DNA of 32,266 bases from Craspedostauros australis (Eukaryota): the NCBI GenBank assembly GCA_030167865.1, contig JALAGF010002993.1:1-32266 (forward strand). The letters run 5' to 3'. Of the stretch, positions 1 to 10,600 are shown one piece after another. Both the position numbers and the translations under genes were made by a program. The notes beneath the pieces were generated by a model, which was not told the origin of the DNA, did not search any database, and worked only from the letters and a program-made list of their open reading frames with translations. Position 1 is the first letter of the stretch; each line of letters begins with the position of its first letter.

Positions 1-120
1 CTACTACTACTACTCTGACGAGAACGGGCATTGAGCGATAGGGCGAGTGTGCATGGCATTGGCGAGGAAAGTTGTGAAATGGAGTGAACGTGTGGCGCGA
101 ATTTGCGAAATGATGGCGAT

Positions 121-162
121 GATGTGTTTTGTGTGATGTGTTTTGTGTCATGTGTTTTGTGA
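121..162. repeat. Three tandem copies of a 14-mer (GATGTGTTTTGTGT)
   Basis: Read directly: gatgtgttttgtgt gatgtgttttgtgt catgtgttttgtga. Confidence 0.85.
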
Positions 163-501
163 CGAGCAGAATGTGGAATCAGGTGCCACATGCTAACGTG
201 TAATTAACGCGTACCAAACGACCGGCACCTTCGGAAGCAGGTCCGTGACTTATCACCTCACGATAAATGCATGAGAACATTNTCGAACCTTCGGCAGAAA
301 CTAACGAATTTGCTGCTGTTGGATCAACGCGACTGCAATGCACACATAGATCACTCCATAAAACTTACAATGAAACCAAGTAGAATCTGAAAGGGTCCAC
401 CATATGTAAATAGACTACGAGGATTATGTATATGTTATTAGTGTAAAAATCCCAGAAAAACGACTAGACTCTTCATTTCAAACAGTTGGTCGACTCGCTC
501 G

Positions 502-930
502 AGGGGCTCCTAATAGTCCATCTAGCCAGCCATCTAGGGCAGCAACCATAGACAAGTGCATGACTATGGTGATTTTCTATGGATAATGCTTGCTATCCAA
601 TTGGATTGAAGGGAGTCAAGGAGATTGTTCTCACAGTTATAAACTGGTACAATCTGATGACAGATTAGATGACTACTATCGTGACCCTGGATTTCCAACA
701 ACTCTCTTTGCAGCATATAATGCTTAGTGGTGTTTCCATACCATGCAGCCAATGTGATGTGGTCATGGGTCAGATAGTGCAATCATATTGATTGTGTGCA
801 TGGTGTTGTGTTTCCAAAAGAACTTGATGACATCATGGCAGGCACAACAACCACTCCATCAACAACGTAAATGGATCCATTGGGATATGTGCAGGCTGAA
901 ATGTGGACATCCAAAACCAAAGATGTCGGT
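502..930. other. CpG-depleted, TG/CA-rich segment; possible old methylated repeat or transposon relic
   Basis: I count only one CG dinucleotide between 502 and 865, whereas the flanking DNA and genes are CG-rich. No intact ORF or recognisable domain is present. Confidence 0.35.
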
Positions 931-3509
931 ACCACGATCATCAACTATCAGGTACGCTTGCAAAGATATCAACAGGGAATGGTTGTAAGTACCGGTAAAT
1001 GTGTAATTATGTGATTTAATGTGTTGGTGTTCACGCATCAGTATATAACGCCTGTTAACGTCCTATTGTCACAAAGGAATTTCGTTTCGTGTTTACGAAT
1101 GATCAAGAGGTCTCGAGCTCCTCCTAGTCTACTTTCTGAGGCCAATGACAATTCGTCAATTGGTCTTGTGTTGAAGATGAATTGGAGGATTCGCACTCGC
1201 CTCCCTGTAAATCTCGCAGAGCCGACAAGAGAAACTCTCGACAGTGCTGAAGAAGCAAACGTCGGACCACACAACTGGGCCAACACAGAACCACAGTGTT
1301 GAACAGCCATCACAAAAGGACTACTATGCTATATATCGTAAATACTTATGCATCCGTAATCAGTCCGCGTGACCCCTTAGGACAAGACCAAACATATTTC
1401 TTTCGTTTGGGGAACGTCTGTGTTCACTTCGACGAGGTCGAAGTCCGAACACTTCGGCATGGGGTGTACTGGTGTGTGGTGAACACAACAGAATGGTGTC
1501 ATGACGGAACAAGAGACCGGGACCAGGGAGAAACTTTCCTCCACCACACCACACGACGTAGTCGTGGCATGGCAGAGCCTTGAACTCCACACGACGAGGA
1601 CATGCGAGGTCTGGAGGCAATCGAGCTCCTGGAGTTGAGCGCTTGGCGACGACTGGTCTCCGAGTCGTCTGTGCTTCATTCGTATCGCCTTGGTGCCGGT
1701 GCACGCACGGAGGGGTTGAAACCAGAAGGCGGCTCTTCCTCAACCCTGCGGTGATACCGAATTCGGCAAAGTGCGAATTCAACTGCGCGTGAAAGGAGTT
1801 TATTGACAACACACAGTGATACTCATCTGGAAACAATTTGCTGACAGCACACGGAAGAAATACTCTCGCGTTTGCGAGATGCGGAATCTCGCTCAGGCCC
1901 AAGAACAAAAAGCAAATGTGTTCGCCCGGTGGGCTTAATATTTGCGCCGGAGAGTAATTCGCTTCGCGGGCTTGTTCGGTCTTGGGTCACTAACACCGAA
2001 GATCGTGCATTTGTCACTGCCAAAGGTCGCAGTCTCTGCTTTGGTCATCACTGTCGTGTGTCTCGCGAAGAAATTGTTGAGCGGTTTCAATCGTGATTGG
2101 AGTTGCGTGTCGTTGCCACCGCAGCAAACGTCCGAAAATGCACGGCGGGCGACCCCATTCTCGCGAACGATGTTGAAAGACGCTGGCCGTTGGATAATCA
2201 CCTCAACACCACCACAGAGCCCCCGTGTCAGTGTCAGAAAAGCCTCTTCCTTGGAGTCTTCCGGTACTGAGAGTCAGTGTGTTTCACTCCAAACGCCGAC
2301 GGTTCATGTGTCAGCGTCGCTGATGCTGACAACGTTGTGTCTTGTTCGCACACCACGAGATCTTGGCGCAGCGAATACATCACAGAGAAGGTCATGCTCC
2401 ACTCACATGGGTGTCACTCGCGCATACGAATAGGAAGAAGAATACCGCTCTGCCGATTTGCACTTGTTGTACGCAGAAAGACCAATCTGCTCCCTCTGCT
2501 GCGAACTTACGACCTTCCGCACCGCTGCGAAAAGACGATAGCGGTGGCATGTCGCGTGGATTCCTCGCACGCCAAGTATTGGTAGCCTGTTCGTGTCGCG
2601 CACCAGAGCCCCCCGCTCCAAGCCAGGAAGCAGTTTCATGTAGTTTTTGCGCCATGCATAGGAACTACGGTACGGTTTGGTTGCATCGACTCGACTCTGT
2701 TCTGCGCTCGTATGACCCATCTAGTAATAATGTTGCCCAAGGAATCCTCGAATGCGCTCGCAAGCACTGGAAGAACCATTTGCTTCTATCGCTTCGCCAG
2801 GAATTCGCTCGTTTGTGATCTTCTCTGCTCGCGGGAGATGTTTTGAGGTGTGTGCGGGGCTGCACGCAAGAGCGAGTTATTGGTTTGTGTCCATTTCGTG
2901 CATTTCGATTCCTGTTCGTGATTTGGAACATGTCCGCGTTGCGGGTTCGTTGGTCATCGTATCGCTCAAAGTGGTCTGGTAATCGTGTTCAACGCATTTC
3001 CCTATTCTCGTGAGCAACAACGACGACATCGCCACAACAGAAAATCGTGGTCCCGCCGCAGAACGCCTCGCAAAACTGTAGCGCCTGATCTTGAGCTGTG
3101 GGTCATTGTCAGTCGGACAATCGGAGCTTAACAGATTGATCCGTCTACGTACTCGCGTGTAGAAAACTTACTGCCATATGTATTGGGGGCAGAAGGAACG
3201 GCGATGACCAACAACGATGTCGCGTGGCTGGTCCCGGCGTCTTCTGTTGCCGTTCTCTTGCAGGTTTTCGCATGAGCGCGGATGCATTCGCACCCTGACA
3301 ATTGCGTGTTGACACACCGATAGCTCGCTGAGTACCTCACGAACAAACACACACACACGGAGCGTTTCCTCTCAACAGCCCCTTGTGCACCACATGCTCC
3401 TGTGTCGTTCGTGCCCCTTCTCCTCACAAAATTCGCTTGGTCTCACAAACCAGACACAAACAAAGACAAAGCGCAAGCACCAACACCAGAGAAACACAAT
3501 CAGACCAAC

Positions 3510-3825
3510 GTAAGTCTCTCCTTCTGCGGTTGCTGCAGGCTTGCAACCATGATCCAGCTGTCCGTCTCCCATCTTGCCATGTTTGGTGTCGCGCGATATC
3601 ATTGCACGCCACAATGAGCATCCTAATGTTGTTCGCCTCAACTCCGTCTTCGACCCGGCATATCACTCCACAGAGTACGCTCGAGCCCTGATATGGCACA
3701 TCACGCGATGTTGCATGAGTACTATGCGCCAATATTGTGGCTTCAACACTCTAACCTTGCTTTGTTTGCCACCCCTGAATGTTGCCATGCCACATCCTGC
3801 GGCATCCGCAGCGAGTTCATAACAG
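3510..3825 (+). other. Probable 5'-UTR intron of the Cys-rich repeat gene
   Basis: A consensus donor AC|GTAAGT at 3510 follows a CA-rich UTR-like tract (3440-3509). The acceptor AACAG| at 3825 lies 25 nt before the ATG at 3851. The 316-nt length matches the other introns in the window. Confidence 0.5.
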
Positions 3826-3850
3826 ATAATAAACCAAGACAACGCTTAAA

Positions 3851-6688
3851 ATGAACGTCAAGACCCTCCTGGGGTCGCTCGTGCTGAGCCAGATCGGCAG
3901 CAATGCCGTCCATGGCATGTTCGACGCCGTCTCTGACACTGGTGGATCCAACTCGGAACCATGCCCGTTGGACTATCAGTTGCTCCATTCCAGCGACTTC
4001 CAGTACTCGGGAGCACCAATCGAGATCGTGAGCCAGGACACCAGCTCCGTCTCCTTCAAGGTCTACAACGTGTGGTCACAGGACGGCGGTCCCACCGCCG
4101 AGATCTACACCGAGTACTCCGAGAACAACAGCATCGGCGGTGTCAACTGCGAGATGTTCGCCGACGTCCCGGCCAACCAGGATATGGGCCAAACCTTCAC
4201 TGCGCAGTGCTTCCAGAGCAAGCCTGAATCGGTCGTTACCCTCTACGTGCGTGATCCCGACATCGACAAGACCATCGGAACTGGCAAAGTTCCGCAGTGC
4301 TGCCATGCCGACCTCTCCCTCCAGTACGCAGTCCTCAAGTTCACCTACATGCTCGAGTGCGTCCCAACCTGCGAAGATCCCACCCCATTCTCCAGCTGCG
4401 GTGACGGCACAGTGGATCCAGGTGAAGAGTGCGACGATGGCAACAAGATCAACGACGATTCCTGCACCAACACCTGCAAGAACGCCAAGTGCGGTGACGG
4501 CATCATGCAAACCGGCGAAGAATGCGACGATGGCAACAAGGTCGACAACGATGGCTGCACCAACGCATGCACCACACCAACCTGCGGTGACGGCATCATG
4601 CAAACCGGCGAAGAGTGCGATGATGGCAACAAGGTCGACAACGATGGCTGCACCAACGCATGCACCACACCAACCTGCGGTGACGGCATCGTGCAGTCCG
4701 GCGAAGAATGCGACGACGGCAACGCAGTCAACAACGATGGGTGCAGCAGCACGTGCCAGCTTGAGATATGCGGCGATGGTATCGTCCAGGCCGGCGAAGA
4801 ATGTGATGATGGCAACAACAGCAACACTGATTCCTGCACCAACACCTGCAAGGACGCCAAGTGCGGTGACGGTTTCATGCAGGCCGGCGAAGAATGCGAC
4901 GATGGCAACAACAGCAACACCGATTCCTGCACCAATAACTGCAAGAACGCCAAGTGCGGTGACGGTTTCATGCAGTCCGGCGAACAGTGCGACGATGGCA
5001 ACGCAGTCAACAACGATGGGTGCAGCAGCACGTGCCAGCTTGAGATATGCGGCGATGGCATCGTGCAGCCCGGCGAAGAATGTGATGATGGCAACAACAG
5101 CAACACTGATTCCTGCACCAACACCTGCAAGGACGCCAAGTGCGGTGACGGTTTCATGCAATCCGGCGAACAGTGCGACGATGGCAACACTAACAACAAC
5201 GATGGGTGCAGCAGCACGTGCCAGCTTGAGATATGCGGCGATGGCATCATCCAGACCGGCGAACAGTGCGACGATGGCAACACTAACAACAACGATGGGT
5301 GCAGCAGCACGTGCCAGCTTGAGATGTGCGGCGATGGTATCGTGCAATCCGGCGAAGAATGCGACGATGGCAACAACAGCAACACTGATTCCTGCACCAA
5401 CACCTGCAAGAACGCCAAGTGCGGTGACGGTTTCATGCAGGCCGGCGAAGAATGCGACGATGGCAACAACAGCAACACCGATTCCTGCACCAACAACTGC
5501 AAGAACGCCAAGTGCGGTGACGGTTTCATGCAATCCGGCGAACAGTGCGACGACGGCAACACTAACAACAACGATGGGTGCAGTAGCTCGTGCCAGCTTG
5601 AGATATGCGGCGATGGCATCGTGCAGAACGGAGAAGAGTGTGACGACGGCAACAACAACGACAACGACAACTGCACCAACAATTGCGAGATCCCCGTTGC
5701 AAACACATGCGGTGATGGCATCGTCGATCCCGGCGAGGAATGCGACGAAGGAACTCGCAATGACAACTCCGGCACTCGATGCAAGCCAGACTGCACGCTC
5801 CCACCCGGCGTGTGTCCGCTGATCACAATCGACTTCAACGACCTTCCAGATGGTGGCTTCATCTACGACGAATGGTGGAACACGAAGGGTATCAAGGTCA
5901 TCACAAAGGGCAATGGCAGCAATGCATACACACCAAGACCCAAATCTGGGTGCAGAACTGGTGAGCTCGATTGCTACTGCACCTACAACCCCAACAACCC
6001 ATACAGTTGCAGCGGGTGGCAAGGGGATAGCAACACCGGGGCCGCCCGTGTCTTTGATACAAACAGACCAACAGGTTACCCGGACGGCCACAAGTATAAA
6101 GCATTGTACGACAACCCCATGTGCAACCCAGACAACTCAGGCGGCGATGGTGACCCGGATCTCGGAAGCCCCAACGAAGGCTGCCCAAATCCAGGTCCTG
6201 GCGTAGGCGGCGATGGTGCCCCCAAAATCGGTAACAAAATCAATAAATTCGCCAACTGCCCCGCTATCCCCATCGGCAAGGCCCTCCTCATCCAGGAGGG
6301 AAAGAAGACGTGCCCCGACGACGTTGGCAAGCCAGGAGGCTCCATCACCTTCATCTTCAAGAACACCATGCACGGGCGCGTGCGGGTGGAGATGGGCAAG
6401 TTCCTGGACACGGACGACGGTGCAGTCCTCCCATACGTCGATTTCTACCAGGGTTCGAACAGTAGTCCCACCTCCGCCCTCCAAGAGGAAGTGGATGAGA
6501 GCGGTCACAATGGCCTCACTGACCTCTGGATGACGGTCTCCAACGTCCGCAAGGCCCGCGTGACATTCATTGGCTCCGGATGCATTGCCGAACTCAAGTT
6601 CCGCCCAAGCAAGTGCCCTTCGCGCCGCTTGCGAGGACAGTCCGCATGGGACAGCGATGCGATCGACGACGAGGAGGATGAAGAGTAG
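3851..6688 (+). CDS. Secreted/cell-surface Cys-rich protein (945 aa): signal peptide, Cys-containing N-domain, 15 Myxococcus-type Cys-rich (DUF4215-like) repeats, DPDLGSPN-type C-domain, RRL motif and acidic tail
   Basis: Uninterrupted ORF with strong C-ending codon bias. The N-terminus is hydrophobic (MNVKTLLGSLVLSQIGSNAVHG). The repeats follow CGDGxxxxGEECDDGNxxxxDxCxxxC. The C-terminus is SRRLRGQSAWDSDAIDDEEDEE. Confidence 0.9.
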   Translation: MNVKTLLGSLVLSQIGSNAVHGMFDAVSDTGGSNSEPCPLDYQLLHSSDFQYSGAPIEIVSQDTSSVSFKVYNVWSQDGGPTAEIYTEYSENNSIGGVNCEMFADVPANQDMGQTFTAQCFQSKPESVVTLYVRDPDIDKTIGTGKVPQCCHADLSLQYAVLKFTYMLECVPTCEDPTPFSSCGDGTVDPGEECDDGNKINDDSCTNTCKNAKCGDGIMQTGEECDDGNKVDNDGCTNACTTPTCGDGIMQTGEECDDGNKVDNDGCTNACTTPTCGDGIVQSGEECDDGNAVNNDGCSSTCQLEICGDGIVQAGEECDDGNNSNTDSCTNTCKDAKCGDGFMQAGEECDDGNNSNTDSCTNNCKNAKCGDGFMQSGEQCDDGNAVNNDGCSSTCQLEICGDGIVQPGEECDDGNNSNTDSCTNTCKDAKCGDGFMQSGEQCDDGNTNNNDGCSSTCQLEICGDGIIQTGEQCDDGNTNNNDGCSSTCQLEMCGDGIVQSGEECDDGNNSNTDSCTNTCKNAKCGDGFMQAGEECDDGNNSNTDSCTNNCKNAKCGDGFMQSGEQCDDGNTNNNDGCSSSCQLEICGDGIVQNGEECDDGNNNDNDNCTNNCEIPVANTCGDGIVDPGEECDEGTRNDNSGTRCKPDCTLPPGVCPLITIDFNDLPDGGFIYDEWWNTKGIKVITKGNGSNAYTPRPKSGCRTGELDCYCTYNPNNPYSCSGWQGDSNTGAARVFDTNRPTGYPDGHKYKALYDNPMCNPDNSGGDGDPDLGSPNEGCPNPGPGVGGDGAPKIGNKINKFANCPAIPIGKALLIQEGKKTCPDDVGKPGGSITFIFKNTMHGRVRVEMGKFLDTDDGAVLPYVDFYQGSNSSPTSALQEEVDESGHNGLTDLWMTVSNVRKARVTFIGSGCIAELKFRPSKCPSRRLRGQSAWDSDAIDDEEDEE
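4397..5799 (+). repeat. Coding tandem array of 15 CGDG..CDDGN repeats (93-nt / 31-aa period)
   Basis: Units 1-14 start every 93 nt (4397 to 5606). A divergent 15th unit starts at 5708. Confidence 0.95.
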
Positions 6689-7482
6689 TAACAAGCGACC
6701 ACCAGCTGGCGTTGGGGCTTGGTTGGAAACGCAGCACCAACAACCATATCGAGACGTGCCGAATGATTGGGCCATTGGCGATACCGACCCCTGGCGCTGC
6801 AGAACTGTTCCTCCAACAGCGGTGTACAGCAGGCACGCGAAACCAAAACGAAAAACAATAAACTAGAAAAATTGCACACGACAACTTCTGCAAATGAAAA
6901 TAGCACACAGACAAAACAGAAAGAGCTTACCTTCTCAAGTGTCTGGGAGGCGCGGTGCTGCCGTTGCGCTCTTCTCTCTCGCTCTCTCCCCTGGCGGGAC
7001 GAAGAGGAATAATGTGGAATGTCACCTCTCTGCCTCTCCAAGGACGCCGAGCTCTGCGTGGAACGGCGAGACTTCCGCCAAAACGCTCTTGCCTCTTGTC
7101 TCGCGCTTTGGAGGTTCGTCCTCCTGCCGAGACATGGTCTGGGGAACAGTCCCACCGCTGCGTTGCGATCGATGCTTCTACGAGCATGAGCACCGATGGA
7201 GTCAAGCGTATGGTATGGTATAGCTCCTAATTGATCAGAACAGTAGCAGTGAGACTTACGAACGCCGCTGATGATTGGATCAGGTTGTACTTGTACCCGT
7301 GCTCGTGCAGCGCTGCAGAAGATCTCCGTTCTCCGTTCACAAGATCCACAGCGAGATTGATTTGTGGGATGTGCTGTGCTCTCGTTGATCTCTCACTCAA
7401 GAGGTTGATCGGTCAGCCACCGAGACTTTCTTTTCCATCCATGATGCGAGTGCGGTTGACGCACTCTGGCCTGCTTGGGATG

Positions 7483-7533
7483 GAGTAGTATAATATATAA
7501 TATTCTATGATAGAATATATTATTATACTATTC
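7483..7533. other. AT-rich imperfect inverted repeat between convergent genes
   Basis: TAGTATAAT (7486-7494) pairs with ATTATACTA (7522-7530), and ATATTCTAT (7500-7508) pairs with ATAGAATAT (7510-7518). It lies about 110 nt past the AAA gene stop. Confidence 0.55.
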
Positions 7534-7641
7534 ATGGAGGAGATCGCTCCCCAGAGAATTGCTTGAGCAGGGAAATTCCCTAAGGCCACTGCAGGAGAGT
7601 ACGAGCACTGTGCCACCTTATCGCGACTCCGTTTGCTTGAT

Positions 7642-10600
7642 TCAGCGGCTGATGTCAATGTTCGTTGCTCTGTCTCGGTAGACTGCCGCGACGTTGTCAT
7701 GGAATTTGGTGTGCTGCGTCTTTGGCAACAAGTTGTTGGATTTGGTCGGTTCATCTGCGAAGTCTTCCAAGATCGATATTGGTTCTACAACATTGTCGCC
7801 TTCGCCTTCGCCTTCCCCGTCGTCATCGTCGTTGTTGTTGTTGTTGCAACCGTCCTTGATGTCAGTGCTATCGATATTGCTATCGATGTAGCTGTTGCTG
7901 CCATCCTCTTTGCTGTCATCGTCATTGGTATCATCAAATTGGTCAGAATCCCCAACGCTTTCTTTGACGTCGTCGATTGCAAAGAGGAAGTCTTGCTCCG
8001 TCACCACGCAATCCATCATGCCGCTGTCGGTTGACATCTTCCCATCGTTCTCGGCAAATGAAGTGACGACGCGTTCCAATGCATGGCTTGCAGCAGCTCG
8101 TGCGACACCAGCGATGGAGGCGCCCGAGAATCCATCACAAAGTGGCGCCAATGACCGGAGCAGTTCCTCATAGGTTGGGATATCATCGTTATCCTTTTGG
8201 CGGTAGTGGTGGTGGTGGTAGCAGCGCAATGAAAGAGCACCATGTGATACAATATGATGGACAACAACAATTGTTGCAGCACAGGAGCGCACGATAGGGC
8301 AGGACGTTGAAGTAGGGCAGAAGATACAAAGATTGAGGATGCGGTGAATGGCAAGTGGAACGAAATCGGAGAACACAGAGAGCATGAGGATATCGTGCGG
8401 GAACATCGGTGAGTTTCAGCCTGTCACGATGGACATACAATTCTCGTGTGAAGTAGTTGCAACTACGCAGCAATGCATTTTGACCATTCATGTACGTGCG
8501 CACTCGCGCACTTCGGGCTTCGTCAGTTCTCCATGAAGGCGAATTGGGCTATTCTCCAGCGAGTACTACGCTCCATCAAGTGTGACTTGCGGCCACCACG
8601 CGGCACATGCTCGTATCACATGATGGCATGCTCACACAGAATATAGCTGCATCTCCTGCTTACCTTAATGAGCTTCGTGGCAGCACCTGCCGAAGCATCC
8701 TTGACAAGCACCCTCCCGGCTTCGAACATGCCAAGGGTGTGCACCTTCAGGATGCTGACCCTCTCATCGTTGCTACGGGGTGGCGGGACCTCCAATTGTA
8801 CCTCGAACCTGCCCGGCCTCAGTAGGGCCGAATCGATCAAACTACGTTTGTTGGTGAGTCCAATGACCAGCGTTGGAACTGGAAGCGGGTGCACCCCGTC
8901 CATCTATGAGGTGGCAGACAAATCGTAAGGCGAAGATGGGGATACGGTTCCATCGTTCGAAGCAGAAGCCAAAACAAATCGTAATGGGATGGTGAGTGCA
9001 TCGGTGAAGATATCCGTGAATATTGTAACGAATACGTACATCATGTGGTCAAAGATCAGAGGTGCTATTGTTGGTTCGTTGCAAGGGAACAGGTCAAACC
9101 AGAGCCACGGTGAATATTGAAACAGTGCTTGCAGCAGACAGGATACAGATAGACTGGAAGGGGAATTGGTCGCCAGTCCGTCGACGTACCTTTGCGAGCA
9201 TTTGATTGACCACGCTGGGCACGGTACGAGTATGTGTGAATATTGGCCATGACAGAAGTTGCCGGTGGACAATTTAACACGGAGTGAAACAATGTCAAGC
9301 AAAGTCATGCAAAGCAAGTAGGCGAGTAGAGAAACCAAGACGAAAGGCACGGGTGAGATGTGACGCGGATTGATGTAGTGTTGCCAGCGCCAGTGTCAGT
9401 ATCAGCGTCGGTATCCTTATGCGCCGGTACCGGCAAGCGTACTGCTTCATGATGAGCATGCGAGATGTTGTTGATCTCAAGATGCATTCTCTCCAATAGC
9501 AACAGCAGCACCGTGAGGACAGCATGGAGAAGAACAAGAGTGAATCAGAGCATTGTATTCATTCCATAACAATGCACCAGTGCGCACGCACAGACAGATA
9601 CTTGTCTCACCTGTCACGGGCAACGCCGGCATCGCCTTGATCGCCCTTGCCTTTGGACCCGCCACGGGAACGGCAGATGGCATCGAATTCATCGAGCACG
9701 ATGACGTGCAAGGCAGCTCTAGCAACTGCGTCGCCGCCATCCGCTTCACCCAGGCGGTAGGTGTCATATATGTCCGGTGGCTCATCGAAGATCCCACGCA
9801 GGTTCTTCTCGCTGGAGCCGACGAATCTGTCCATAATCTCTGGACCTGAAACGACAGTGACCGGTCGCATAGGCGAAAGCAGCTTGCCCAATGATCGTGC
9901 CAGGAGGGTCTTCCCGCATCCAGGCTTGCCGTACAGCAGCAGACCACGGACTGGGTGGATTCCAAGCTGGTTGAGTAGGAGCGGTGGTGCTGCCAGCGGG
10001 ATCCAGATACGTCTCTTGATCTGTGCCAGCACATCGTCCAGGCCGCCAATGCCAAGGTTCGCGCCGGTGAATGCGTCTCCGCCGCCGAGTTTGGCGACAA
10101 GTCCGGAGACTTTCATTGCCGCTTCGGATTCTGTTTCATCATCAGTGACGACTTCTTCAGAATCGGTATCCTTGGCATCTTCGGCATCGGAATCCCGAGC
10201 TTCCGCCTTTGCCATTGTGTCCTGGAGCTCCTTCTTGTCCGTTGCGACTTTGGACAATTCTTCCGGCTTCCTCGCAACTTTTTCACCGAGCACTGCATCC
10301 AGCATGAAGTCCGGCTTGCCTCCACCGGATGTGCGACGAGACAGCGCCGATTTTCCTTCGGAGATGGTCTTGCCTACGCGTGATTTATCGCCGGTCTTGA
10401 GGACGACGGCGGGACTGCTGGGTGGTGACGAGTTCCGTTGCTTTTCCCACTCCTTGCGTGCCGCCACCTGGTCTTTGCGTTCCTTGCTATCGTTCTTGCC
10501 GAGCTCCTTTTGCTTTGCCGCTTCGTCGTACTTGTCGTAGAAGGATGATTCCACTGGTAGACCTGCACGTTTGGTCATTCGGACCGCCCTGCGGATGCAG

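Noticed and set aside
1296-3000. Short overlapping ORFs (60-180 aa) on both strands
   Set aside because: They show no recognisable motifs or codon bias comparable to the real genes.
4397-5700. CRISPR-like regular repeat spacing
   Set aside because: The units are in-frame 93-nt coding repeats without unique spacers, there are no cas genes, and the context is eukaryotic.
4076-6091. Long antisense and alternative-frame ORFs (671, 560 and 505 aa) over the Cys-repeat gene
   Set aside because: These are shadows of a repetitive, C-ending codon-biased CDS and carry no independent motifs.
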